From Ferruginibacter sp. (GTDB lineage: Bacteria; Bacteroidota; Bacteroidia; Chitinophagales; Chitinophagaceae), in assembly GCA_046597635.1 (NCBI GenBank), contig JBKJKD010000144.1:2905-66904 (forward strand): DNA of 64,000 nucleotides, given 5' to 3'. The first letter of the stretch is position 1. Each line of letters begins with the position of its first letter. The position numbers and the translations under genes were made by a program. Positions 37,737-49,200 of this stretch are shown piece by piece. The notes under the pieces are model-generated. The model searched no databases. It worked only from the letters and a program-made list of their open reading frames with translations, and was not told the DNA's origin.

Positions 37737-38864
37737 TTGGCGGGCATTTATATTCACATACCTTTTTGCAGGCAGGCTTGCACCTATTGTAATTTTCATT
37801 TCTCTACAATACTGGGGCAAAAAAACGCTTTGCTAGAAACATTGAAGCAAGAAATCGGTTTGACTCAGCCAATGGTACCTGATGAAATTATAGAGACAAT
37901 CTACTTTGGTGGAGGTACTCCCAGCCTCTTGCTACCAGCTGAAATTAACAGTATCCTCAAAACGATTCAACAAAAATTTATCATCACCCCTGCTGTAGAA
38001 ATTACTTTGGAAGCCAATCCTGATGATGTCTCTCCAGCGATTTTGAAAGCTTGGAAATCTATGAACATCAACCGGCTTAGCCTCGGCGTGCAATCTTTTA
38101 ACGAGGCGGAGTTGAAATGGATGAACAGGGCGCACCATGCCAGCCAGTCACTTCAAAGCATTGATGACATCATCGCAGCTGGTTTCACCAATTTTTCTGT
38201 AGATCTTATTTACGGTTCTCCCATGCTGAGTAATGATGATTTCATTGAAAATGTGAAGATCGTTTTAAACAAAAATATTCCACATATCTCTGCTTATGCT
38301 TTAACGGTAGAACCGAAGACTGCTTTGCATTCTTTGATTAACAAAAAACAATCAGCGCCGGTAGATGAGGCCAGGCAGGCCGAGCAATTCGAAATCCTTT
38401 TGCAAATGTTGGAGGAAGCTGGCTATGAGCAATACGAAATAAGCAGTTTTGCCCGACCCGGTTTTAGGAGCAAGCACAACAGTAGTTACTGGCAGGGCAA
38501 ACCATACTATGGCTTTGGGCCTTCGGCTCATTCCTTTGATGGCAATACAAAAAGGCGATGGAATATTGCCAACAACGCCTTGTATCAAAAATCTATTGAA
38601 AACAACACACTTCCTTTTGAAGAGGAGACACTCACGCCCACGCAGCAACTTAATGAATACATCATGATCAGCCTTAGAACGATGGAGGGAATTCATTTGA
38701 GCGTCGTGAAGGATCGTTTTGGAAAAGATAAAGCAGATGCCATCAACAACATGTCCGCAACATTTATAAGCCAGCAATTAATGGCCAAAGATGATCAACA
38801 TCTGGTACTCACAAAAAGGGGGAAGTTTTTGGCAGATGGTATTGCAGCAGACCTGTTTTTTTAA
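37737..38864 (+). CDS. hemW: Radical SAM heme chaperone HemW
   Basis: YIHIPFCRQACTYCNF, YFGGGTPS, EANP, YEISSF, HNSSYW; TTG start. Confidence 0.93.
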   Translation: MAGIYIHIPFCRQACTYCNFHFSTILGQKNALLETLKQEIGLTQPMVPDEIIETIYFGGGTPSLLLPAEINSILKTIQQKFIITPAVEITLEANPDDVSPAILKAWKSMNINRLSLGVQSFNEAELKWMNRAHHASQSLQSIDDIIAAGFTNFSVDLIYGSPMLSNDDFIENVKIVLNKNIPHISAYALTVEPKTALHSLINKKQSAPVDEARQAEQFEILLQMLEEAGYEQYEISSFARPGFRSKHNSSYWQGKPYYGFGPSAHSFDGNTKRRWNIANNALYQKSIENNTLPFEEETLTPTQQLNEYIMISLRTMEGIHLSVVKDRFGKDKADAINNMSATFISQQLMAKDDQHLVLTKRGKFLADGIAADLFF

Positions 38865-38871
38865 TATCTTA

Positions 38872-39912
38872 CTACACCAACTCTTCTTCTATGCTTTCAA
38901 ATCCATGTTTCGCCTGCATACCATTCCATAAAATATCATAGACGATGCTTGCAATGGGCATATCGGCCATTACTTCTTTGTTAATAATGAACATGCACTG
39001 GCTGGCATAATAACCTTCTGCTACCATGCTCATCTCCAATTGCGCAGCCTTTACGGAGTATCCTTTGCCTATCATGTTTCCAAAATTTCTGTTTCGGCTG
39101 TGAAGGGAGTAGCAAGTTACCAACAAATCGCCCAGGTAAACGGAGGCCGCATAATTGTTGTGTTCTTCTGTAGCGGCGTCAGTTTTTTTGTGTTCTATAT
39201 AACCCACTTCTGCATTAATGAAACCGGCTTTCCGTAAAAATCCAGCCATCTCATCGGCACTATTTGCAATGAGCACGCTCAGAAAATTATCACCATAATC
39301 AAGCCCATGCACCATGCCGGCGGCCACTGCATAAATATTTTTAAGTACCGCTGCATATTGCACTCCATAAATATCCTTGTTGATGACCGTATTGATGTAC
39401 GCCGTTTTAAAATACCCCGCTACCTCGTTGGTGGTAACTGTATCTATACCGGTGAAAGTGAGATACGATAATTTTTCCTGTGCTACTTCTTCTGCATGGC
39501 AAGGACCCAGCACGGCAAAATAATCTTCAAGCGCCACATTGAAGTGCAGTTTCAAGTAATCGTTTAACAACAGGTTTTCGCCTGGCAAAATACCTTTAAT
39601 GGCAGACAATATTTTCTTTCCCTCAAAAATATTTCGTGGCAAATTGCCCAGCGCTTCAATTGTATAGGCAGAAGGAATTACGATGAGAACGATATCCGAA
39701 TTGCGGATTACTTCTTCAGCATTGGTAGTAAGTATAAGCTGGCTGATGTCGAACCTTGCAGAAGGCAAGTACTGAGGATTATGGCTTCTTGTCTTGAACT
39801 GTGCAATAGCGGTTTCGCTGCGGTTCCACCAATGAATAGTTTGACCGTTGTCAGTTAAAATTTTGGCAAGGGCTGTACCCCAACTTCCACTCCCTAGTAT
39901 TCCGAAAGTCAT
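38872..39912 (-). CDS. gpsA: NAD(P)H-dependent glycerol-3-phosphate dehydrogenase
   Basis: GSGSWGTAL, GPCHAEEV, LKNIYAVAAG, GDLLVTCYS.HSRNR. Confidence 0.96.
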   Translation of the reverse strand: MTFGILGSGSWGTALAKILTDNGQTIHWWNRSETAIAQFKTRSHNPQYLPSARFDISQLILTTNAEEVIRNSDIVLIVIPSAYTIEALGNLPRNIFEGKKILSAIKGILPGENLLLNDYLKLHFNVALEDYFAVLGPCHAEEVAQEKLSYLTFTGIDTVTTNEVAGYFKTAYINTVINKDIYGVQYAAVLKNIYAVAAGMVHGLDYGDNFLSVLIANSADEMAGFLRKAGFINAEVGYIEHKKTDAATEEHNNYAASVYLGDLLVTCYSLHSRNRNFGNMIGKGYSVKAAQLEMSMVAEGYYASQCMFIINKEVMADMPIASIVYDILWNGMQAKHGFESIEEELV

Positions 39913-39921
39913 TGTTTTAAT

Positions 39922-39989
39922 GGTTTAAAAGGTTCCAAAGGTTCAAGAAGTTCAACGTTGGACATTGAACGTTAATCTTCTTGAACCTT
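39922..39989. repeat. AGGTTCA-type heptad palindrome with 22-bp arms and 8-nt loop
   Basis: 39938-39959 versus reverse complement of 39968-39989: 20/22 match. Confidence 0.8.
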
Positions 39990-40700
39990 CTATAGCCCCA
40001 GTTTATCTACAGCAAGCTGTGCTGCAATCTGGCTGGCGTCTTTTTTATTGTAGCCCTTGGCCTGAGACACAAGTTCCCCATCTACGGTAGCGCCGATTGT
40101 GAACAAACGGCGCCCATTTTCCATCTTTTCATCGAGGGTTTCAAACTCAAGCGCCTTTCCATTTTTATTGGCCCAGCCGTATAACTTGTTCTTGATATTT
40201 ATTTCTAAACCCTCCAGATCATCTATAAACAAATAGGGAAGTACAATGTATTTTTCTACCCACTGCTGTGTTTTTTTGTAACCCTTATCTAAAAATACGG
40301 CGCCGATAAGGGCCTCCAGGGTGTTGCCAAATATCTGGGAGATTTTGAGGGCATTGTCAAACTTATTGTAGAACGTAATTTTCTTCAATCCCATCTTCAG
40401 GGCAATTTCATTTAACTTTTGACGGTTCACCATTTTGCTGCGCATCTCTGTTAAAAAACCTTCTCCTTTGTAAGGATATTTTCTAAACAAATAATGTGCA
40501 ATGATGGAACTTAAGACTGCATCGCCTAAAAATTCGAGACGCTCATTGTTTTCGTCTGCGCCTTCCCGTATGGAACGATGACTCAATGCTGTTTTGTACA
40601 AAGCCACGTCCCCGGGGGTGAAGCCCAATACATTGTTCAACTGCTTTTTGAAGTCCTTCTTGTGCGGCTCTTTATCGAAAAAGTTTTTAAAAAATTCCAA
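39990..40700 (-). CDS. rnc: Ribonuclease III
   Basis: NERLEFLGDAVL, FGNTLEALIGAVFLD, C-terminal dsRBD. Confidence 0.97.
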   Translation of the reverse strand: MEFFKNFFDKEPHKKDFKKQLNNVLGFTPGDVALYKTALSHRSIREGADENNERLEFLGDAVLSSIIAHYLFRKYPYKGEGFLTEMRSKMVNRQKLNEIALKMGLKKITFYNKFDNALKISQIFGNTLEALIGAVFLDKGYKKTQQWVEKYIVLPYLFIDDLEGLEINIKNKLYGWANKNGKALEFETLDEKMENGRRLFTIGATVDGELVSQAKGYNKKDASQIAAQLAVDKLGL

Positions 40701-40831
40701 AGTAACTATTAAAAAATGTAAAGTGTAAATTAGACTATTTATTAAAACGAGGAAAGAAATATAATCGGGATTCCTATGCCTCTGCTTACTTATGCAAAAG
40801 GAATTTTACAAACAGGAATAGCGTTAACGGC

Positions 40832-42085
40832 CTAAGCGACGTACTTTTTAATGATTACAGATGCGTTGTGTCCACCAAAACCAAAGGTGTTGCTGAGCGC
40901 CGCATTTACTGTTTTGTACTGTGCTTTGTTAAACGTAAAATTAAGTTTGGGGTCTAATTCGGGGTCGTCGGTAAAATGATTGATAGTGGGAGGTATTACA
41001 TTTTTAGTAACGGCAAGAATACAGGCGAGTGCTTCCAGTGCACCTGCAGCACCCAGGCAGTGACCTGTCATACTTTTTGTAGAGCTAATGTTTAAATTAT
41101 AAGCATGTTCTCCAAATACATTTAAGATAGCTTTGGTTTCGGCAATGTCTCCTAGTGGTGTAGAAGTACCATGAACATTGATGTAGTCAATATCTTCCGG
41201 TTTTAATCCTGCATCAGCCAGGGCAACAGTCATTACATTTTTTGCACCCAGTCCTTCCGGGTGCGGGGCAGTTATATGATGCGCATCTGCGGTAGCACCG
41301 CCACCGGCAATTTCACAATATATTTTTGCGCCCCGTGCCAGAGCATGCTCCAGGCTTTCCAAAACTAACACTCCCGAACCTTCTCCCATTACAAAACCAT
41401 CCCTGTTTTTATCAAAAGGACGGCTGGCAGTAGCTGGGTCATCGTTTCTTTCGCTCAGTGCTTTCATCGCATTAAAGCCACCTACTCCTGCAGCGCTAAT
41501 TACTGCCTCGCTTCCGCCGGTGATAATAATTTCGGCTTTATTTAGTCGTATAGTATCAAAGGCATCGATGATAGCGTTGGTACTGCTGGCGCAGGCACTT
41601 ACTACTGCGTAGTTGGGTCCACGAAAGCCGTGACGCATAGATATTTGTCCTGCAGCAATATCCAAAATCATTTTAGGAATAAAGAAAGGATTGAAACGGG
41701 GAGTTCCATCGCCGGAGGCAAAATTGACTACTTCTTCCTGGAAGGTAATAAGACCACCAATGCCACTGGCAAAGATGACTCCCACCCTGTCTGGATCAAC
41801 GTTGTCTTTTGTAATACCTGCATCTTTTACTGCTTCATCGCTTGCTATCAAAGCAAACTGGCAATAACGATCCATTTTGCGTGCCTCTTTTCTGTCAAGA
41901 TAGGTTGTGGCATCAAAGTCTTTAACCTCACAGGCAAATTGGGTTTTAAATTTTGTAACGTCAAACTGACGGATTGTTTCGCAACCACTTACACCATTTT
42001 CTAAAGCCTGCCAATATTCATCAACAGTTTTACCCAATGGAGTGAGGGCGCCCAACCCAGTAACGACTACTCTTTTTAAAGCCAT
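40832..42085 (-). CDS. fabF: Beta-ketoacyl-ACP synthase II
   Basis: VVSACASS, NVHGTSTPLGD, GHCLGAAG, SNTFGFGGHN. Confidence 0.98.
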   Translation of the reverse strand: MALKRVVVTGLGALTPLGKTVDEYWQALENGVSGCETIRQFDVTKFKTQFACEVKDFDATTYLDRKEARKMDRYCQFALIASDEAVKDAGITKDNVDPDRVGVIFASGIGGLITFQEEVVNFASGDGTPRFNPFFIPKMILDIAAGQISMRHGFRGPNYAVVSACASSTNAIIDAFDTIRLNKAEIIITGGSEAVISAAGVGGFNAMKALSERNDDPATASRPFDKNRDGFVMGEGSGVLVLESLEHALARGAKIYCEIAGGGATADAHHITAPHPEGLGAKNVMTVALADAGLKPEDIDYINVHGTSTPLGDIAETKAILNVFGEHAYNLNISSTKSMTGHCLGAAGALEALACILAVTKNVIPPTINHFTDDPELDPKLNFTFNKAQYKTVNAALSNTFGFGGHNASVIIKKYVA

Positions 42086-42146
42086 ACAATTTGCCTGTGA
42101 TAATTAAAAGCCCGAACGGCTGAATGCCGCAGGGAAGGATGATTAA

Positions 42147-42383
42147 CTACTTAGCATTTTCTTCTAAGTAAGACACAGCCTGACCAACGGTAGTGATGGT
42201 TTCGGCTTGCTCATCAGGAATAGAAATATTAAATTCTTTTTCAAATCCCATAATTAACTCAACGGTGTCCAAGCTATCGGCACCTAAATCATTAGTGAAT
42301 GACGCTTCGGTGGTTACTTCAGCTTCATCAACCCCTAATTTGTCAACAATAATTTTTTTTACTCTTGTTGCAACATCTGACAT
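42147..42383 (-). CDS. acpP: Acyl carrier protein (start moved to MSDVATRV, 78 aa)
   Basis: [12 protein letters not shown]; upstream promoter TATTTTTG with TTTG element. Confidence 0.98.
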   Translation of the reverse strand: MSDVATRVKKIIVDKLGVDEAEVTTEASFTNDLGADSLDTVELIMGFEKEFNISIPDEQAETITTVGQAVSYLEENAK

Positions 42384-42653
42384 GGTAGTAAAATTTAGTT
42401 TATACAGCTGCAAAAATATACTTTTTGATGTAATTACAAAGAAATACTAAACACGGAGTTTTTTTGGTTTCCGGCTTGCTTTAGATGGTGCTCCTTTCAC
42501 CCATTTTTCATATATGGTTATATAAATATCTAAGTTGCTATTTTTTAAGTTTATTTGGTACGAATATCAATGTAGAATTTAGCGTATATTGTAAAATCGC
42601 CAGTAGCAAGGTATTTAACCATTAAGTATTTAACCACTACAAAGTTTACAGCA

Positions 42654-43082
42654 ATGGGATTAAAACAAATAGATTACGGCACAAAGGAATACCAGCAACT
42701 GTTAGATCTTCGGTATGCTATACTGCGTGAGCCGCTGGGGCTTGGCTTTAAAGAAGAAGAATTACAAAAAGAAAAAGACCATTTGCACATTGCTGCCTTT
42801 GAAGATGACGAGCTTTTAGGATGCTGTATGCTGGTTGAAGTGAGCAGCGACACTCTGCAACTAAGGCAAATGGCAGTAAAAAACAATTTGCAGCGCAAGG
42901 GAATTGGAGCATCCATCATCAACTTTGCAGAAAATTTATCGAAAGACAAAGGCTACAAGAAAATAATGATGCATGCCCGGGACACCGCCATCGGTTTCTA
43001 CGAAAAATTTGGCTATATAACAAAAGGAAAGCCTTTTATAGAAGTAAATGTTCCCCATCATATTATGGAAAAGCAGCTTTGA
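42654..43082 (+). CDS. GNAT family N-acetyltransferase
   Basis: LRQMAV...QRKGIG, HAR..AIGFYEKFGY. Confidence 0.92.
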   Translation: MGLKQIDYGTKEYQQLLDLRYAILREPLGLGFKEEELQKEKDHLHIAAFEDDELLGCCMLVEVSSDTLQLRQMAVKNNLQRKGIGASIINFAENLSKDKGYKKIMMHARDTAIGFYEKFGYITKGKPFIEVNVPHHIMEKQL

Positions 43083-43565
43083 TTAGCCCCTTATTTTGGC
43101 CGAAAAAATTTTCCTGGCCTCATGCACTTCGTCTCCTTCAAAAGCGTCTTTAGGAATGATAAAGAAAGAACGACTGTTGAAGTAAAGATGAAAGAAATGC
43201 GGGCTTTCCATCCAGGTATTGAAAGCAGACCACTCCCAGCCCTTGCTTCCACGATCATTTTCTATGGTAAAATTTCCTACAGATAATATTGCACGAAAGC
43301 GGTCTTTAAAAGTGGCAGCTTTTCTGTAAATAATCTGCGGAAGCAGAAACCAAAAAAGTATCATCAGGATAAACCATAAGGCAGAACTTATCAGGAAAGC
43401 TAGTGGACTAATTTTTTTAAAGAAAAAAAATGCAGCAGATGTTATCGCAAAAACATTTACAAATATCATCAGTACTTTTATTTCTCTGCGGCTTATAAAA
43501 TGATAGCGCAATGCCTGGATAACTTTTGGCTTGTTGTAAGTAAAATAAGAAGATACCATTGGCAA
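43083..43565 (-). CDS. YcxB family protein
   Basis: Two TMs then W.AF..W.ESP..F.LY......IIPKDAF. Confidence 0.8.
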   Translation of the reverse strand: MPMVSSYFTYNKPKVIQALRYHFISRREIKVLMIFVNVFAITSAAFFFFKKISPLAFLISSALWFILMILFWFLLPQIIYRKAATFKDRFRAILSVGNFTIENDRGSKGWEWSAFNTWMESPHFFHLYFNSRSFFIIPKDAFEGDEVHEARKIFSAKIRG

Positions 43566-43590
43566 ATATATTGGTTCGATTTTAAAATGA

Positions 43591-44952
43591 TTATCTGCCA
43601 GGCGTCTTTAGCTCATTTTCGGATACTGACCATTGGCCCAGTTGCTCCCCTTTAATACCGATAAACTTCACTTTTAAAACCCTTTCATTTTTTTTACCCG
43701 AGACCTCTATTTTACCAAAATTCTGAACCTCTACCAGTGTATTGGCAACACGTGCAGCATTGTTTACCTCGGCACCACGTGGTTTACTGATACCCGCCGT
43801 GTAAGGAGATATAGTTACATCATATAAGGGATGCATCCCGGGCCTGTTCATTCTTATCACTTCACTGTGGTGACGGTCGCCGGTAAAGATAATTACTCCT
43901 GTTATTTTTTGCTCGGCCAAAAAACCAATTAGATCATTGTATTCAAAACTATAAAAAGTCATGCTCTCAAAAGTGCTCAGCGGATTTAAAATTTGGCTGC
44001 CGGTAACAATTATTTTGAAAGTTGCATCGCTGCTCAACAAGGCATTTTTTAACCAATCCATCTGCATGCTGCCAAAATAAGTTTTCAAAGCAGATGCCTT
44101 ACCATCGATGCTATCTTTAAAACCCGGATGACTTCTAAAATAGCGATCGTCGGTTAAAAAAAAGTCGACGTCGCTGTAAGAGAATTGAGTGTAGATACCT
44201 TTCCCTTCTTCGCCATAGGTAGGATTCAGGCTGTAATTACGGAATATGTTGCGGCTCTCTTCTTTGAGAAGATAGCTTTTACCGGCATCGTTTGGACCAA
44301 AGTCGTGATCGTCCCAAATGGCGTACTGGGGCATAGCAGCCATAAAAGGTTGTATTATCTTTTGACCTCTGTCCCGGGAGGCTCTATAGTTAAGCCCCCA
44401 TACCGTGCTGTAGTCAACTTCCCTTGTATACCAATTGTCGCCCATCCAAATGTGAAAACTGGCAGGGGTTTCTGCCATCGTTTCGAAAATAGAAGAATCT
44501 CCACCATAGGGTTTACCCGGCCGGTCGTAAACCGGCTCATTAAAATAGGCACAACTACCCGCCAGGAAACTAAAATCTGGTGCTGGCTTGCGGTATTGCC
44601 AAAGATCTTTTGTAGTAAAAACAGTAGCGAAGGATGTGGTTATAGGCTTGCCATCGATGATAAGCGAATACTGATAAGTGGTGTTGGGCTCCAGGCTATT
44701 CAACTCAATCTTAACAGGATTGAAATCTTTGCCAAGAGCAGCTCTTGAAAAAATTATTTTACCGGTAGCAGGTTTACCTTTCGGAAAATATTTTACCGCA
44801 ACCGACTTCACAGATGGCGACACTTCCACCAATACTGTAGCATTTCGCAACTCTACATTACCAGCCCACGGGCCACTTACCAATGCGGGTTGTGCTACGG
44901 CCACAAACTGGAAAATTATCAGTAACAGGAAACAGCTTAAAAAATATCGCAT
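43591..44952 (-). CDS. phoD: Alkaline phosphatase D family protein
   Basis: GSCAY, WMGDNWY, WDDHDFGPND, DDRYFR, GDRHH. Confidence 0.9.
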   Translation of the reverse strand: MRYFLSCFLLLIIFQFVAVAQPALVSGPWAGNVELRNATVLVEVSPSVKSVAVKYFPKGKPATGKIIFSRAALGKDFNPVKIELNSLEPNTTYQYSLIIDGKPITTSFATVFTTKDLWQYRKPAPDFSFLAGSCAYFNEPVYDRPGKPYGGDSSIFETMAETPASFHIWMGDNWYTREVDYSTVWGLNYRASRDRGQKIIQPFMAAMPQYAIWDDHDFGPNDAGKSYLLKEESRNIFRNYSLNPTYGEEGKGIYTQFSYSDVDFFLTDDRYFRSHPGFKDSIDGKASALKTYFGSMQMDWLKNALLSSDATFKIIVTGSQILNPLSTFESMTFYSFEYNDLIGFLAEQKITGVIIFTGDRHHSEVIRMNRPGMHPLYDVTISPYTAGISKPRGAEVNNAARVANTLVEVQNFGKIEVSGKKNERVLKVKFIGIKGEQLGQWSVSENELKTPGR

Positions 44953-45088
44953 GTAATTTTTTGGTGCAAATTACCACTTTATCAATTTGTATGCTTCCAA
45001 TAAAAACGCCTCCTTACCTGTGGGCAGTTTTCAAAAATATTTTTAAATCAAAACGATTTTGCGAATTCTTCTGCTTTTTTTTGCCGGA

Positions 45089-45424
45089 CTACTGCAGCTT
45101 ATCATTTTCCTTGTGCCGGGTTGCATCCCGGTCAGACTTCTTTTCAAAGTTTTTCTCCAGTGCCTCCGTCAGGTTAACCCCAGTTTGATTAGCAAGGCAC
45201 AGCAGCACCCAAAGCACATCGGCCATTTCATCAGCCAGCAATTTTCCTTTGTCGCTTTCCTTAAACGATTGCTCCCCATAGGTACGCACCATAATGCGAC
45301 TTAGCTCTCCCACTTCTTCCATTAAAATGCCGAGGTTAGTCATTTCATTGAAATATCTTACGCCTACAGTCTGTATCCAGTCATCAACTTTTTGCTGCGC
45401 TTCTTCTATTGTTATGGATTGCAT
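45089..45424 (-). CDS. MazG-like nucleotide pyrophosphohydrolase
   Basis: LMEEVGEL, ADEMADVLWVL.CLANQTGVNL. Confidence 0.92.
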   Translation of the reverse strand: MQSITIEEAQQKVDDWIQTVGVRYFNEMTNLGILMEEVGELSRIMVRTYGEQSFKESDKGKLLADEMADVLWVLLCLANQTGVNLTEALEKNFEKKSDRDATRHKENDKLQ

Positions 45425-45455
45425 TTTTTAAAATTGAATGGTAAAATAATTATGC

Positions 45456-45908
45456 TCACTCCCTATTTTTACTGTCTATCAAAATAGTAATGGGGCCGTC
45501 GTTTACGAGACTCACCTTCATAGCTGCGCCAAAAGTACCCGTAAAAATTTGCTTACCCAATGCTGCCTCAAGCATTGTTATAAAACGTTCGTACAACACA
45601 ATAGCTACTTCCGGCTTTGCTGCTTTCATATAAGAAGGCCTGTTGCCTTTTTTGGTAGAAGCGTGTAATGTAAATTGGCTAACGAGCAAAAGGTCTCCAC
45701 CTGCTTCCATAAGAGAAACATTAGGCACTTGGTTCGCATCGTCAAAAAGTCTCAATTGAACAATTTTATTTGAAAGCCATTGAAGGTCGGTATCATCATC
45801 TGCTTCCTCAATTCCTGCAAGTACCAGTAGACCGATACCAATGCAGGCTTTTTCCCGATCATCAATAACAACCGATGCCGATGTAACCCGTTGTATGACC
45901 ACCCTCAT
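45456..45908 (-). CDS. dtd: D-aminoacyl-tRNA deacylase
   Basis: MRVVIQRV, SQFTL, GNRPS, G.FGAAM.V.LVNDGP.T. Confidence 0.97.
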   Translation of the reverse strand: MRVVIQRVTSASVVIDDREKACIGIGLLVLAGIEEADDDTDLQWLSNKIVQLRLFDDANQVPNVSLMEAGGDLLLVSQFTLHASTKKGNRPSYMKAAKPEVAIVLYERFITMLEAALGKQIFTGTFGAAMKVSLVNDGPITILIDSKNRE

Positions 45909-46078
45909 AATGCTTATGTTTTAGTTAAGATACGGAACATTATCCGCTGAGAATTTAAATGCCAACTGCACCATTCGCCCTTCACACATTTACAACAATT
46001 TTACAGTTCAAACAAAAATGATTTCTGCCGAAAAATAAAAAATTGACGTAGAAATAAGCCTGCTGCATACTTGCTATA

Positions 46079-46099
46079 TTATCCACCAGGTTGTCCACA
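46079..46099 (+). promoter_or_regulatory. Two DnaA-box-like 9-mers upstream of nrdJ
   Basis: TTATCCACC and TTGTCCACA, each one mismatch from TTATCCACA, 12-bp period. Confidence 0.45.
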
Positions 46100-46205
46100 G
46101 CATGTTAATATTTCCATTAAAAAAAGTTGAGGCACAAAGAATACATTCGTTGTCCTACGGTTTTCTCTGAAACCTGTTAGCTACACAAACTTAAAACAAC
46201 TGCAT

Positions 46206-49200
46206 ATGCCCACAAAAAAGCGATCGACTGCTGCCTTGCGTATTTCCCGACAGTTTACTAAAGAGGGCATTAGCCCTTATGATATGTTTGAATACGACTA
46301 TCGTGTATCGGTTATAAAAAACCCCTCCGGAGAAATTGTATTTCAAATGGACAATGTGGAAGTTCCCCGGCAGTGGAGCCAGATTGCTACCGATATATTG
46401 GCACAAAAATATTTTAGAAAAGCAGGTGTACCACAAACCGATGGCACTACCGGCAGGGAAAAAAGCAGCAAGGAAGTAGCCCATCGTATGGCGCATTGCT
46501 GGAGGGTGTGGGGCGAGCGCTACGGTTATTTTGAAACAGAAAAGGATGCAGAAATATTTTATGACGAGATGGTGTACTCCATCCTAAACCAGGCATGTGT
46601 ACCCAATAGTCCTCAGTGGTTTAATACAGGCCTGCATGAAGTATATGGCATCACCGGTAAACCGCAGGGGCATTATTATGTAGACCAGGAAGATGGAATG
46701 CTAAAAAAATCTACCAGTGCATATGAGCGCCCGCAGCCACACGCCTGTTTTATTTTAAGTGTAGAAGACGACCTCGTAAATGATGGTGGCATCATGGACC
46801 TCTGGGTAAGGGAAGCAAGAATATTTAAATACGGTAGCGGCGTAGGTACCAACTATAGCAGCATAAGAGGCGAGAAAGAAAAGCTAAGTGGTGGCGGAAC
46901 AAGCAGCGGCTTGATGAGTTTTTTAAAAATAGGCGATCGTGCCGCCGGTGCTATTAAAAGTGGTGGTACCACCAGGCGTGCAGCCAAAATGGTTTGCCTG
47001 GATTTAGACCATCCCGAGATAGTAGAATTTGTAAACTGGAAAGTGGACGAAGAAAAGAAAGTTGCTGCGTTGATTGCTGCCGGCTACCCGAGCGACTATG
47101 AGGGAGAAGCTTACCGTACGGTAAGTGGCCAAAACAGCAACAACTCTGTACGAGTACCCAACAGTTTTTTCAAAGCCCTGGATGAAAATGGAGACTGGGA
47201 ACTGAAAGCGAGAAGCGATGGCCGCACCATGCAAACCGTAAAGGCCAAAGATTTGTGGGATCAAATTAATTATGCTGCGTGGCGCTGCGCCGACCCCGGT
47301 ACACAATACGACACCACCATCAACGAGTGGCATACCTGCCCTGAGGGTGGTCGCATAAGAGCGTCTAACCCTTGCAGTGAATATATGTTTTTAGACAACA
47401 CTGCCTGCAACCTTGCCAGTGTGAACCTGCGTAAGTTTTTTAATGAAGCCGACAATAGTTTTGACGTGGCAGGCTTTGAACACACCTGCCGCTTGTGGAC
47501 GATCGTGTTGGAAATTTCTGTATTGATGGCCCAATTTCCCAGCAAGGAAGTAGCTCAGTTAAGTTATGATTACAGAACATTGGGATTGGGTTATGCCAAC
47601 CTTGGCTCTATGCTTATGGTGAGCGGCATTGCTTACGATAGTGAAGAAGCAAGAGGAATTGCAGGCGCCATCACAGCCATCATGACTGGAGTAGCATACA
47701 GTACCTCTGCAGAAATGGCTAGCTTCCTGGGAGCTTTTGACAAATACGAATTGAACAAAGAACATATGATGCGGGTGATGCGCAATCACCGTGCAGCAGC
47801 GTATGATGCAATGGATGCCTATGAAGGGCTGGAAATAAAACCTCATGGCATCAATGCTAAATACTGCCCCGACTATTTATTAACAGCGGCTACCAAAGCC
47901 TGGGACAATGCAGTACAGCAGGGAGAAAAATATGGATACCGCAATGCGCAAACGACCGTAATTGCACCCACAGGTACCATCGGCCTGGTAATGGATTGCG
48001 ACACCACCGGTGTAGAACCGGATTTTGCTTTGGTGAAATTTAAAAAACTAAGTGGTGGTGGATACTTTAAAATCATCAACCAAAGTGTACCGCAGGCATT
48101 GCGCAATTTAAAGTACAGCGAAAAAGAACTGGAAGAAATAGTCAACTATGCAAAGGGCCACGCTACTTTAAAAGGATCGCCATATATCAATGAAATTTCG
48201 TTGAGTGAAAAAGGATTTTTACCCAACGAAATAGAAAAGCTAAATGCCGCCATGGCAAGTGCTTTTGAAATCGGATTTGTGTTCAATGTATTCACACTTG
48301 GCGAGGCCTGCCTGCAACGGCTTGGCTTTACGCATGAAGAGTATGGCAATTTTGAATGGAGCCTTTTAGAAGCCCTGGGTTTTACCGATGAACAAATTGA
48401 TGCAGCGAATATTTATATCTGCGGCACCATGACGGTGGAAGGTGCTCCTTATTTGAAAGACGAACATCTTTCAGTATTTGATTGCGCCAATAAATGTGGC
48501 AACACCGGCGAGCGCTATATACATGCTCATGGTCACATTCGGATGATGGCCGCAGCACAACCCTTTTTAAGTGGTGCCATCAGCAAAACCATCAACCTGC
48601 CCAACGAAGCGGCGCTGGAAGAAATAGCAGACAGCTACAGGCTGAGTTGGGAACTGGGTTTAAAAGCGTGTGCACTTTACCGTGATGGCAGCAAGTTGAG
48701 CCAGCCGCTGAGCAATAAATCTGATAAAAAGAAAAAGACCGAAGATGAAACGAAGTCGAACGAAATGCCTGCTGCGGAGCCAGTATCAGCATTGGTTGAC
48801 ATGTCTAAGCTAACCATTGAAGATTTGCTGGAAGAAATGAACCGGCGTGTGCAAAGCAGTGCGGATACCGCACTAAAACGCCAGCTGGCAATGATTGTAG
48901 AACGCAGGGCACTACCGGCCAAGCGAAGGGGCTTTACCCAAAAAGCAAAAATAAACGGGCAAGCATTGTTCCTGCGCACCGGCGAATACAATGATGGCAC
49001 TTTAGGAGAAATCTTTATTGACATGGCCAAAGAAGGTGCTACCATGCGCAGCATGCTCAACTGTTTTGCGATTGCCATTTCTATAGGCCTGCAATATGGC
49101 GTTCCCCTGGAGGAATATGTAGAAAAATTTGTGTTCACTCGCTTTGAACCAGCCGGTATGGTGGAACATCCAAACATCAAAACCACCACGTCTATCATAG

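Noticed and set aside
45909-46205. Cobalamin riboswitch or NrdR box upstream of nrdJ
   Set aside because: No B12-box/GGGAA core or convincing NrdR palindrome by eye. An Infernal scan would be decisive.
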